A stretch of 64,000 nt of DNA, taken from Promethearchaeota archaeon. GTDB taxonomy: Archaea > Asgardarchaeota > Heimdallarchaeia > Hodarchaeales > Hodarchaeaceae. Below are positions 19,900-29,781 of the stretch, piece by piece (position 1 is the first letter of the stretch; each line of letters starts with the position of its first letter). The notes under the pieces were generated by a model that had not been told where the DNA came from, searched no databases, and saw only the letters and a list, made by a program, of their open reading frames with translations. The stretch covers positions 1 to 64,000 of the forward strand of contig JBHLMN010000025.1 in NCBI GenBank assembly GCA_048938105.1, in the 5' to 3' direction. The position numbers were made by a program, and so were the translations under genes.

Positions 19900-19928
19900 A
19901 AACACTTTGATCAATGATCAAAGAGTTT
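19900..19928. promoter_or_regulatory. Inverted repeat CTTTGATCA-A-TGATCAAAG, operator candidate
   Basis: Perfect 9-bp arms (19905-19923) extending to AAAC/GTTT, in the divergent intergenic region. Confidence 0.45.
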
Positions 19929-20393
19929 GTACACTATTTTCCCTATTGTTAGCTCAGTTTCAATGATATAAATTTAGGTTATTTTTCTAAAGAAATAAAC
20001 CATATATCAATAACGTAGTTTAAAAATTGATATTTAATGAAGATAAAGCGAAAAATCTTTTTCTTTCCTTGAAGAATGCATAAAATTCTTTCTCTTTTAA
20101 CTTTTATTTTGGAGATTAAAGGAGCTCAGGTTTCTTTGCTAACTATGGTTAAATGTATTATGAACAAAATTCGCGAAACATTTTAAAATGATAGTCGCGT
20201 TTCTCCCAATTGTTTCTCTAATTTATCAATTTCTTTAATGTAAAATATAAAAAACATTTAAATCATGTTATTGTTACATTAACAGAATGGACTGAGAAAT
20301 CAATCTGTACTCAATTAAAATCAATAAAAAAACAATGATTCACCTATTACATTATGATAATGGGTGAGGATTGTACTTTACGGCGGTATATTA

Positions 20394-21785
20394 ATGAATG
20401 ACCAAGAAGAAATACTAATACAAAAAACTAGATGGAATAGTCGCAGGTTTCTCCTTTTGTATTGGTTCGCTTTCGTTTTCGTAGGAACTGCAGCAGCAGC
20501 TGGTTTAGGAACTAGTGTTCTAAATCCTAAAATAAAGATTAACAAAGTCGATCACAGTTCGCTCAACTTACCAAGTGAATGGGGTCCAGAAGACTGCACA
20601 GGTTCCATGTGTCATAATGATACAGTCGCTTCCTGGAATGAGACAGGCCATTCAAGAGCTGGGACTCTCTTGCCAAATGGCTCATGGCTTGTAGGAGACG
20701 ATCATATCTACAACGATTCCTTTTTCCGCTCCTGTTATGGAGGTGATGAAGCATTAATTCAATGCCATACTACTCGATACAACGAAACAGATGGAACCTA
20801 CTGGACTGGAACCAACGGTGTTAGCTGTGCGGCGTGTCATGAAGAACCAGGTATGATAGATTATGCAGCTGACAACTGCCAAATCTGTCACGAGTATTCA
20901 AATAATAATATAACTGGAGACTATCAGATGAGTGCACATAGTAAATCATATGAAGATTTGTTAGCAGGTGGATATGCACCTAGCAGCTGTTTACACTGTA
21001 TGACTGGTCAAGGGGTATATATGGATGTGACAGGTCAAGAAGACATCTTGACTTCGATAAACTGTGGAACTTGTCATGATCCACATGATGCAACTAATGA
21101 AGCCCAACTCAGAGAAACCGAGGTTAATGAACTTTGTGGCACTTGTCACAGTAGTACAGTAGAAGTATTCGAGGATTCCCGCAATAAACACTTGAACTAC
21201 GTAGATGAAGCTTGTGCTTCATGTCATGGATATCAGCTAGACCCTAAACCCTGGAACCCCAATAATGCGAGGATTAACCATTCATGGACGATTAATTTCG
21301 AAGATGCCTGTGGACAATGTCACACAGGTCAAGTCGACACACGAAAAGACATGTTAAATTATATCCAGGGGAACTTCGAATCTCTGAATGCCACATACTA
21401 CACCCAACTCGCTAATGTCACTGCTAAAGTTGATGAAGCAAATGGGACAGCTGGAGTGGATCTGTGCACAATCGAAGATGCGTATGCTCTGATCGAAGAA
21501 GCTGAAGAACTGATTTATCCAGTTGAACATGATGGAAGTTATGGTTTCCATAATCCCACAATGATGGAAGATAATTTTGCACTGGCCCTAGCCAAACTAG
21601 ATGAGGCATATGTTAAAGCCGAGACTGCTATTGGTGGTGAACAAACTAGTTCTACAAGCACTACTGGATCTACTAGTTCAATTACAACTTCAGGTGGTAC
21701 ACCTGGATTCGAGTTGTCCACTATCTTGGCAGTAATCAGCCTCGTATCAACAGCAACAATCTTATTACACAGAAAGAGACGCTAA
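20394..21785 (+). CDS. Cell-surface multiheme cytochrome c (NrfA/c552-like clade), copy 1, with PGF-type sorting tail
   Basis: Six CXXCH plus CX4CH, CX9CH and CLHCM; helical C-domain with DGSYGFHNP; Ser/Thr linker; TPGFE-TM-RKRR. Confidence 0.9.
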   Translation: MNDQEEILIQKTRWNSRRFLLLYWFAFVFVGTAAAAGLGTSVLNPKIKINKVDHSSLNLPSEWGPEDCTGSMCHNDTVASWNETGHSRAGTLLPNGSWLVGDDHIYNDSFFRSCYGGDEALIQCHTTRYNETDGTYWTGTNGVSCAACHEEPGMIDYAADNCQICHEYSNNNITGDYQMSAHSKSYEDLLAGGYAPSSCLHCMTGQGVYMDVTGQEDILTSINCGTCHDPHDATNEAQLRETEVNELCGTCHSSTVEVFEDSRNKHLNYVDEACASCHGYQLDPKPWNPNNARINHSWTINFEDACGQCHTGQVDTRKDMLNYIQGNFESLNATYYTQLANVTAKVDEANGTAGVDLCTIEDAYALIEEAEELIYPVEHDGSYGFHNPTMMEDNFALALAKLDEAYVKAETAIGGEQTSSTSTTGSTSSITTSGGTPGFELSTILAVISLVSTATILLHRKRR

Positions 21786-21819
21786 ACACTTGGTTGGATC
21801 CATCTCTAAAATAAAAAAC

Positions 21820-21856
21820 GATAACAGCTCATTCGCTGTTATCTTTACCCTTTTTC
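21820..21856 (+). terminator. Hairpin plus T-tract downstream of cytochrome 1
   Basis: GATAACAGC-tcattc-GCTGTTATC followed by TTTACCCTTTTT. Confidence 0.6.
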
Positions 21857-22016
21857 CAGAAGTGTGGGGAATGAGGAAGGTTTCGTTGTAAAACATGAGT
21901 CTATCGAGCTTGCTTGAAGTGTTTTCCAAGATTTAATTTTTGCTTTTAAAACTGGTACTTTTTCAATAATCCGCTATAAATTACGATTGTCTTGATACCC
22001 CTTCAGAAAAACTGAG

Positions 22017-24191
22017 ATGATTAAATATATGCAAAATAGTTTATCTACACTACTAAAGTGTAATCAAAGGTATCTTTTCTTGCCTTTACTAGTATTACTT
22101 ATCATAATCCCTTCGATTATGATGTTATCTCCGACTAGTAAAAGGTTGGATTTTGTAGAGTCTCAAAAAAATACTTCTAGTATTTCTCCTAAAGTGAGTA
22201 ACAACGAACAAGACAACAATCCTGATGCTTATTTTCCAAATTTTCTTTATTATTCAATTTCAGTGGCAAATGCCCTGATTGATTACTTATACGACAATGA
22301 TTCTGGTGGATTCTTCCGCTCAGTTAACCAGTTCTGGTCTAATAATTCCATTAATATGTTGAAATATTCTTATGATCAAGCACAAGCTATTCTTGCATTA
22401 TTAAAACTTTCTGATGCTGTAATTAATGATTCTGAACGTGATTTTGCGATTCATTTTGCTGAATTAATCGGTAATTATATGATAACACGTCTTTATGACA
22501 ATGAAGTTGGAGGATTCTATACATCCACTAGTAGTTCATATAAAAAGCCAGGAGTGAATGGAAAAGTTATTCAGTCTCTCCTCTCCCTATACAAGACCAC
22601 TGGCAACATTTCTTATAGAGATAAAGCAATTGAAACTTTTGAGTTTATAGACAATTTTGGTTGGGATAGTGAAAGTGGTGGTTATGTTTATCTACTGTCT
22701 CATAGTGGTCTCATTGCATCATCGAATCCCAGTTCAGCCGATCCTTATGATCCTAACTCAAAAAAAGTAGATCATAATGCTATTATGGGGGAAGCCTTAC
22801 TTGAACTATATCTTTTAACTTCTGATCCTTCATACATTTCTAAAGCAACAGAACTTTACCAGTTAATCAACACCTCTTCCAGAGACTATACCACTGAATT
22901 GTTCTATATTGGATTTAACAATGGTGGAATTGTTGAGCCGGATTATACTGACATTTTTATAAATTCCCTGATGCTAGAGTTTCTATCTCAGCTCTACAAC
23001 ATAACTGGGGATTTGACTTACTTTTATGATTTTCAATCTTTAATAAATGCTGTTCTTTTAAATTTTTGGGACTCTTCCAATGGAGGATTTTTTGCCACAT
23101 TCCCCTATAATAGTCAAGTTGAGAAAGACGAGAAGAAATACACAGAGAGGCAATTTTATGCAATTAGAGCTCTTGATGAGGCCTACAAGTTGACAAACAA
23201 TAACTTATATTATAATCTCATTCTGGATGTAATGGAATTTCTAAATAATAATCTCTATGATAATGTTCATGAGGGATACTACCTATTAGCAAACGCTGAT
23301 GGAACAGAAGGAGAACAAAACTGGAAAGATAAATATTCTGTTACTCAATCCCTAGCTATCTACGAATTAGCCAATCTCTGGCTTTATAGTAAGCCTAGTG
23401 TTCTCAATGCTCTCTGGTCCCCTTTAAATCCACGACCTTCAGATGCTGTTACGATTAGGATTGCAGCGTTTGATGCGGATGGTCTTTCCACCGTATTGTT
23501 GAATTATTCTATGAATAACCAACCCTACAAGTTAATAGAAATGACCACCAATGAACTAATAGGGAATATGTATGATTTTACCTTTGATTCTCAACCACAT
23601 GGCACAACAGTGAATTTTAACATCATTGTTAATGATACCTTAGGGAATATCGTTGTTCGAGAGTCATATTTCTTTGTTTGGGAGAATGATATTTTACCTC
23701 CTCATATTATGTTATTGGGAATAAATCCAAGTAACGAGATTTTTGTCAGTTCTAATTTTAGTATAACTGTGAGTGTACATGATAATCCTCCCCAAGGAGA
23801 TGTCACGAGTGTTCGTATGTATTATAAAGAAACGGGTCAATCAAAGTGGGCATCCAGGGCATTATTTCGGTTAGGTGATTATTTGTGGAGGATAGAATTC
23901 CCCGATGGTTTCAAAAAACCTAATAGATATGAATACTTCTTTGAAGCAATTGATAATCGAGGAAATTTTGGATTTAGTCCTTATTTTTACTTAGAAGTCT
24001 ATGGCCATCCAAAAAACTTCCCATTAACTGCATTTATTGGTGGCCTTTTTTTCATATTATTTATTGTTCCTGCAGGGATTATTGTTTACAAAGAATACAG
24101 TAAAAATAGTGCTCGTACAACCTTAAGAAACATTAAGAAGACACGCAATGTAAAACGGAGGAAAAAGAGAGGGACAAGACGTATAACGTAG
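22017..24191 (+). CDS. Membrane-anchored (alpha/alpha)6-barrel protein (AGE/YyaL-SPATA20-like) with Ig-like domains, copy 1
   Basis: Repeated LYD...GGF[FY] barrel motifs, KY.YDQA, two beta-rich domains, N- and C-terminal TM segments, basic tail. Confidence 0.75.
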   Translation: MIKYMQNSLSTLLKCNQRYLFLPLLVLLIIIPSIMMLSPTSKRLDFVESQKNTSSISPKVSNNEQDNNPDAYFPNFLYYSISVANALIDYLYDNDSGGFFRSVNQFWSNNSINMLKYSYDQAQAILALLKLSDAVINDSERDFAIHFAELIGNYMITRLYDNEVGGFYTSTSSSYKKPGVNGKVIQSLLSLYKTTGNISYRDKAIETFEFIDNFGWDSESGGYVYLLSHSGLIASSNPSSADPYDPNSKKVDHNAIMGEALLELYLLTSDPSYISKATELYQLINTSSRDYTTELFYIGFNNGGIVEPDYTDIFINSLMLEFLSQLYNITGDLTYFYDFQSLINAVLLNFWDSSNGGFFATFPYNSQVEKDEKKYTERQFYAIRALDEAYKLTNNNLYYNLILDVMEFLNNNLYDNVHEGYYLLANADGTEGEQNWKDKYSVTQSLAIYELANLWLYSKPSVLNALWSPLNPRPSDAVTIRIAAFDADGLSTVLLNYSMNNQPYKLIEMTTNELIGNMYDFTFDSQPHGTTVNFNIIVNDTLGNIVVRESYFFVWENDILPPHIMLLGINPSNEIFVSSNFSITVSVHDNPPQGDVTSVRMYYKETGQSKWASRALFRLGDYLWRIEFPDGFKKPNRYEYFFEAIDNRGNFGFSPYFYLEVYGHPKNFPLTAFIGGLFFILFIVPAGIIVYKEYSKNSARTTLRNIKKTRNVKRRKKRGTRRIT

Positions 24192-24208
24192 TGAATGGAG
24201 AAATTACA

Positions 24209-26422
24209 ATGATTTATATTGATTTTGGAGCTTTTGGGATGGATTTAGGTATGTTGATATTGCTTTTTAGCCTAGTAGCCCTTTTGATTGATGTCTTTTT
24301 AGTGATTTATGGTGGATACATTGAAAAATGGGAAATTTATTCAGAAATAAGCCTTTCTGCTGGTATTCTGGCTATTATCATCTCTTTCCTATATTTTAGT
24401 TATTCAGTTATAACAGCTGATTATCACTTCACCTATGTGAGTGATCATATTAACAATGATATGGACTTTTTCTTAAGACTATCAGCCATTTGGTCTGGAC
24501 AGTCTGGATCTTATTTCTTTTGGACATTTCTAGTTGTAATGGTTTATTCAATCTTCAGGCTGATGTTCAAAGAGTACGCGCATGAGACAATCTTTTGGCG
24601 AGCGTTTGTCTTATCAGCTCTTCAAACATCTGTTTTGGTGGCCTTAACACTGCTAAGTGATCCGTTTAAAATAAATGATGGTGTTTTTTCCGATGGTATT
24701 GGATTAAATCCATTATTAATGACGTATTGGAATCTCATACATCCTCCAATTGTTTTCATTGGTTATGCTCTATGTTTAATTCCAATGGTCATTGGAATAA
24801 CAAGAATCTCTATTCTTAAAAATGGTGAGTTGCCAGAATTTGAAGGTAAAGAAAAATTAGATAATTTCTTTGAATTTTTAGTTTCATTTGCATGGCTTAT
24901 ATTAAGCCTTGGAATAATAATTGGTGCTTATTGGGCTTATATGACTCTCGGTTGGGGTGGTTTCTGGGCATGGGATCCCGTAGAAACAGCTTCGTTGATA
25001 CCCTGGCTTTTTATAACCCTTTATTTCCATGGAAAACCTTTTTTTGGCAAAACTAAATACCTAGAAAATTACATTATTAGCATGAGTTACATTGGTGCTT
25101 TGTTTACTACATATTTAACAAGAAGTAATATAATTTCAAGTGTACACGCATTTCAATCCGAAGCAACTTTAGAAAATATTCTAAAGATTTTTATCCCAGA
25201 AAATAGTTTTTTTATGTCCATTATATTGCGATTCATTCCTGATGAGAAGATGTTATTACTTTTTATTGTCATAATAAGCACTTTTCTTATCCCACATTAT
25301 TTTGGAATTAGGAGTAAGGATATAACAAGGATTCCAATCTATTTTGAAAGAAAAGATTTTCAAGGATCAAGATCTCATATAACTGCCTTAAAAATCTCCT
25401 TTATTTCAGGTCTTATAGGTTCTTATATTATCATCATAGGTTTGATAACCCCTACTATTTATGATATTGTTGGATATATAATCACTTTCAGTCCAGAGGG
25501 AGTTGGTTCAAGCATTGTTGTAGACCAATTGTATTTTAATACAGTTATAACGATTTTTGGAGGTATAATGTTACTTGCGCAGTTTTTCTGTACTTTTTAT
25601 CCGAGATTGGATGTTAAGAAGAAGTTTATGTTAATGATAGGAGGATTAACAGCAGGAATCACATTTTCAATAGGAGGTTTCTTATATCGAAGTGGTTTTC
25701 TTAATCAGATTCTTGGAGACAAAAACCTAATACTTCTCTTATTCAATAACTTCTGGACAACTAGTGACAAAGCAAACTTAGTAATTCCTCTTCTATTTCT
25801 GGGAGTGGTTGGATTGCTAGTAGAGTTTTTAAAAGTGGCTTTTAAAGAAGAAAAGAATGTTATCCGAAAAACATCGCAAATACTGTTACATCTTTCTTTC
25901 TTAGTAATTCTCCTTGGTGCATTAATGAGTGCAAATATGACTGTTTCTAGTCAAATTTTGGGTCAAGAAGGAGGTGAATATAAAATTCCAGGAACTTCTG
26001 TAACAATTATTATTATAGATTTAGATAGAAGATTTCCTGAATCAGGTTTCAATCGAGTCGAATATGATACACAATTCATGTTGTCATCAGATGCACGAAT
26101 CATTGCATTTGGAATCAGTAGACTCGCTTATGATAAGATAAACCGAATGGATCATGAGGTGACAATAATTAACGATCTCTTTTCTAACATTTACATCGTA
26201 ACTAGTGGGGTTTTTGAAAACCCCATTTCTGGAATTTTTGAGGCTGCTTCCCTCCAGATTAAAGTTATACCATATATTAACATTTTGTGGGTAGGATGTC
26301 TTCTCCTCCTTTTTGCTATCCTCCCCTTGACCATAGGGAGATTTATTATCCTGAAAAAGACCTTATCTTTTAGAGAAATAGAACAGAAAGATGTTAAAAC
26401 GAAAATAGTGCCAATTAAATGA
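24209..26422 (+). CDS. ccmF: Cytochrome c heme lyase CcmF, copy 1
   Basis: GLNPLL, IHPP, WAY.TLGWGGFWAWDPVETAS (WWD domain), SSVHAF, LLHLS. Confidence 0.93.
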   Translation: MIYIDFGAFGMDLGMLILLFSLVALLIDVFLVIYGGYIEKWEIYSEISLSAGILAIIISFLYFSYSVITADYHFTYVSDHINNDMDFFLRLSAIWSGQSGSYFFWTFLVVMVYSIFRLMFKEYAHETIFWRAFVLSALQTSVLVALTLLSDPFKINDGVFSDGIGLNPLLMTYWNLIHPPIVFIGYALCLIPMVIGITRISILKNGELPEFEGKEKLDNFFEFLVSFAWLILSLGIIIGAYWAYMTLGWGGFWAWDPVETASLIPWLFITLYFHGKPFFGKTKYLENYIISMSYIGALFTTYLTRSNIISSVHAFQSEATLENILKIFIPENSFFMSIILRFIPDEKMLLLFIVIISTFLIPHYFGIRSKDITRIPIYFERKDFQGSRSHITALKISFISGLIGSYIIIIGLITPTIYDIVGYIITFSPEGVGSSIVVDQLYFNTVITIFGGIMLLAQFFCTFYPRLDVKKKFMLMIGGLTAGITFSIGGFLYRSGFLNQILGDKNLILLLFNNFWTTSDKANLVIPLLFLGVVGLLVEFLKVAFKEEKNVIRKTSQILLHLSFLVILLGALMSANMTVSSQILGQEGGEYKIPGTSVTIIIIDLDRRFPESGFNRVEYDTQFMLSSDARIIAFGISRLAYDKINRMDHEVTIINDLFSNIYIVTSGVFENPISGIFEAASLQIKVIPYINILWVGCLLLLFAILPLTIGRFIILKKTLSFREIEQKDVKTKIVPIK

Positions 26423-26433
26423 GAGTACATGAA

Positions 26434-26826
26434 ATGATTAGATCTAAAAACCTTATGTTCGCTATAATTATAATGTTTGTAAGTGTAAGTGCATTATTGT
26501 TTCTATTAAGTAGTTCCAGTGTTCCAGTTTTTTCCGTAAAAGAACTTAAAAGCCATTCCCAACCCAGTTCTTTCTTAAATCATAATATTCAAGTGGTAGG
26601 TGTCGTTCAGGATATAAATAGTACTGGTTTTTTTATAACAGATCCAGAGGATGTAACAAATTCATCCTTGATTATATACATTAATGCGACTAATGTAGAA
26701 AAGCCTGTAGGTTTTGAATCTGGAAAAACTATTCTCGTTGAAGGAAAACTCATTTCAACAACAGGTATGTGGAAGCTAAAAGCGTCAATGATTAGCACTA
26801 AGTGTCCATCTAAGTACACAGAGTGA
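26434..26826 (+). CDS. ccmE: Heme chaperone CcmE (CXXXY, System I* type), copy 1
   Basis: N-terminal TM, P.GF..G..V.VEG, KCPSKY. Confidence 0.9.
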   Translation: MIRSKNLMFAIIIMFVSVSALLFLLSSSSVPVFSVKELKSHSQPSSFLNHNIQVVGVVQDINSTGFFITDPEDVTNSSLIIYINATNVEKPVGFESGKTILVEGKLISTTGMWKLKASMISTKCPSKYTE

Positions 26827-26875
26827 GATCTTTTCTTATCAAGAAATATAGAGTAAAGTGTTAAAGTGAGTATAA

Positions 26876-27364
26876 ATGAACATCCAATCAAAGAAAGTAA
26901 ATGATGAAAGTCTTGAATGGAGTGGAGAGTTTAAGCAATTCTTAAAGGAATGGTTCTCTGGGTTAATAGCTGGAATTGAAAGATTGAATGATAGTACTTG
27001 GCCTATGATTTTAGAGTTAACGGGTCGTGCTTGTGCACGAATCCATTCTAATGCATTATTTTGGGAGATTTGGGAACTTACCCGTAACCTTGATGATTTC
27101 ATTGAAAAAGTTAATGAAATATATAAAGAAAAAGTCTTTGAGATTATTGACAAGGATACTATCTCTGTATGTTATTCTAAATGTAATTGCCCATTAGTCG
27201 AACATGGTTTAGTAGACTCACCTCTCCTGTGTAATTGTTCCCCAAACTGGTTAGCAGAGAATTTTGAATCAATTCTTAAAAAATCAGTAATAATAACCAC
27301 TAAAAATACGATTTTAAGAGGAGCAAAGAGTTGTAATTTTATTATTTCTATTGAAAGCGAATAA
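26876..27364 (+). CDS. Cys-rich V4R/DUF6144-like protein
   Basis: GRACA, CNCP, CNCS, RG...C.F pattern. Confidence 0.65.
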   Translation: MNIQSKKVNDESLEWSGEFKQFLKEWFSGLIAGIERLNDSTWPMILELTGRACARIHSNALFWEIWELTRNLDDFIEKVNEIYKEKVFEIIDKDTISVCYSKCNCPLVEHGLVDSPLLCNCSPNWLAENFESILKKSVIITTKNTILRGAKSCNFIISIESE

Positions 27365-27687
27365 GGGTATATTAGAATACAGTTATTTTGATTATTTCAA
27401 TTTGTTTTATCATTCTGAATTATTTTTTGGTTTAAAAAAATCCTCACATAGTTTTACTATATATGGGCATCTGATTATCTATAAGGTTTTACTGATTTTT
27501 CAATCAATTCAACAACAATGAAAACAACTCTACATGATATAGTCTGTCTAGCAAACGCATTATCTCTTCTGAGAATGACAAAACTGATATACATCAAATA
27601 AACTAGATAACTCTATGTTTAAGGTTAGCTTCGTTAATTCTGATAACAATAATTCTGCTGATCTTCCTTAGTGAAGCCAAATATAAT

Positions 27688-27873
27688 TCATTTCATCTTG
27701 TTTCTTAATTCTTCCAAGTTATTATTTGCCATAATCAGTTCTTGAAGAGCTATTTCAGAAAATTCATCATTCAATCCGTTATTAGGGTAGCATTTGAAAA
27801 AAAAGTTACAAATATTACAATTTGGGAAGAAATCACGACAAATCTTTTCTCTATCGGTCTTTCCATTTTTCAT
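27688..27873 (-). CDS. Small Cys-rich hypothetical protein
   Basis: C-x6-C-x2-C-x5-C; AGGAG RBS-like sequence upstream. Confidence 0.4.
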   Translation of the reverse strand: MKNGKTDREKICRDFFPNCNICNFFFKCYPNNGLNDEFSEIALQELIMANNNLEELRNKMK

Positions 27874-28140
27874 TTTTTCACTTCTCCTTAATACTTATTT
27901 ACTTAACAACAATTATGTTGTAGTTATGTTATATTTTTTATATTTATAACATTTTTTATTTTTAAAATTTTTTTTGTGTTTTAATTATTTTATTCATTCT
28001 ATTAATGAATGGTATATTTCTGAAGAAATAAACTAAATAACAATAAGACAATTTAGAAATGGGTGCTTGAAAACTTAAATTGAATTTTTCCCTTCTATCC
28101 CAACGTATAGCACAATTAGCAGAAAAAAGAAAAAGAATTT

Positions 28141-28329
28141 TCTGAAGATATGATTAGCAAATCTTTGGTTATTTTTATCAATGTAAATAATGTTAACATA
28201 CTTACAGGATTTGAATCTGGAAAAACTGTACTGGTAGAAGGAAAACTCATCTCAACATTTTATACATAGTTCCTTAAAGCTACAATGATTAATACCTAAT
28301 GTCTGTTTAAAAATAAAAATGAATTATGA
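28141..28329 (+). pseudogene. ccmE: Degraded third ccmE copy (3' half)
   Basis: Translates SEDMISKSLVIFINVNNVNILTGFESGKTVLVEGKLISTFYT*FLKATMINT*CLFK, colinear with both CcmE proteins; stops at 28267 and 28297. Confidence 0.85.
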
Positions 28330-28415
28330 GGAACTAGTCTTGATAACTAATAAATTTCAATGAAACCTAAACTGGATTTTTTTATCATAGTAATTTGTAT
28401 TGCCATCCTGAACTA

Positions 28416-28661
28416 TTATTTCGAAGATCCTAAGCTTCCCATTAAGATAAATACCTTTCTCTTTCCAATTTGATTTGACAAGATTGCAGTTAAAATATCA
28501 GCAATCAAGTAAGAAGCATAGAGGGCTGTGTCGAAATAGGAAGCTTTCAATAAGTATAAACTAAACCGCTCAACCAGGAATTCATATTGATTTGTGTGTA
28601 GAAGTGTTGGAGTCAAAATGGTTACGAAAACCAAAACACCCAACACAATGATTTGCGTCAT
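28416..28661 (-). pseudogene. N-terminal remnant of an MFS transporter
   Basis: TM segments plus a degenerate motif A (AILSNQIGKRK); truncated at 81 aa. Confidence 0.55.
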
Positions 28662-28795
28662 TGAACTGGGATTTATTGCACTCTAGAAATCCCGATCCCT
28701 ATTTTCCTTTTTCATTTCTCATCTATTAATTAATATATTACTGATTGGTAATTCAAACCTTTGTTGAAATAATTTAATTCTATGATAAATCCTTG

Positions 28796-29749
28796 TTATG
28801 GGAGAAAAGAAGTAATGACCACTCCCACAAATAACCAGAGAAATGCAAATGCCATAAAAATTGATGCCAGTTTGAAGATCTTAAATGTCCTTTCATGAGA
28901 TGGTTTTCTAAGATTAGTAAATGCTTGAAAAAGGATGAATAAACAAAAAAGAATTAAAGGGAGAAGAGCGAGAAGATTAATTTCTAGACTGATCCCAGCT
29001 AGAACAATGATTGAAGCACTAAGAATAGCTGATAATGTTACAACACGAATTGTTTGGGTTTGACTACTGACTACAGGCCACATGGGGACACCGGCATTCT
29101 TATATCCCTCTAGGTTCTTGGGGATAAGAGCTAGAGTAAGAATATGCAAAGGAATCCAACAGAGAACAAAAAGCCCCATCAATATTGCAGTCAGATCAAT
29201 TATTCCAATCACTGCAGCTCGCCCCGCAACAGCTGGGAGTCCTCCTGCAACACCCCCAAAAATTATAGATAACCGTGTTCGTCGTTTTAACAAAAGTGAA
29301 TAAACAACAACATCAAAAAAAAACCCTAAGAAGACAACAACCATTGTAAGAAAATTAACAAATATTCCCACCACCAGAGTACCTGCAGCTGTGAAGAGAA
29401 TTCCGTGTTTTAACACAGTCGAAGGAGGAACTCTTCGACTGGGTAAAGGACGATCTCTTGTTCTTTCCATAAGTGCATCAATATTACGATCTACGTACAT
29501 ATTAAGCAATGTGGAGCCAGAAATTGCAAAAAAAAGCCCAACAACAAACCAAATGAATGACAATAGGTTGAAGCTTGCGCCCCAAGCGGTTATTAGATGA
29601 GCAAAAATTGCAGTATATAGAAGAAGAAATGTTTGTTTGCTTTTGATAAGTTCCCCGTATGTAGAAAGAGAAAGAGGGGGGTATGAATATTTTACCAATT
29701 CTTCATGTTCCAGTTGTTGTTGGGGAATTTCCATTTCATCCATCAACAA
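28796..29749 (-). CDS. ctaB: Protoheme IX farnesyltransferase (heme O synthase)
   Basis: N.Y.DR.ID..M.RT..RPLP, Y...LKRRT, GG.AG, W.P.H, Y..AGVPM.PV. Confidence 0.92.
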   Translation of the reverse strand: MLMDEMEIPQQQLEHEELVKYSYPPLSLSTYGELIKSKQTFLLLYTAIFAHLITAWGASFNLLSFIWFVVGLFFAISGSTLLNMYVDRNIDALMERTRDRPLPSRRVPPSTVLKHGILFTAAGTLVVGIFVNFLTMVVVFLGFFFDVVVYSLLLKRRTRLSIIFGGVAGGLPAVAGRAAVIGIIDLTAILMGLFVLCWIPLHILTLALIPKNLEGYKNAGVPMWPVVSSQTQTIRVVTLSAILSASIIVLAGISLEINLLALLPLILFCLFILFQAFTNLRKPSHERTFKIFKLASIFMAFAFLWLFVGVVITSFLP

Positions 29750-29781
29750 GCCATTCCATAATTACTCAATTGAATAGGGTA

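Noticed and set aside
19907-19922. FNR box upstream of cytochrome 1
   Set aside because: The spacing is TTGAT-N5-ATCAA rather than N4, and no Crp/Fnr gene is in the window; kept only as a generic palindrome.
13010-20260. TGTAAAA(A)TAT-like motif upstream of 13103, 16433 and 20394 as a SufR-like operator
   Set aside because: Too AT-rich and low in complexity to distinguish from background by eye.
20394-21785. Calling the cytochromes nrfA or hao
   Set aside because: No CXXCK, no KAQHPE motif and no nrfH/nrfBCD partner; only the overall motif layout is shared.
28267-28299. Stop-codon recoding (pyrrolysine) in the third ccmE
   Set aside because: Both TAG and TAA interrupt the frame, CPSKY is lost and the 5' half is missing; this is ordinary decay.
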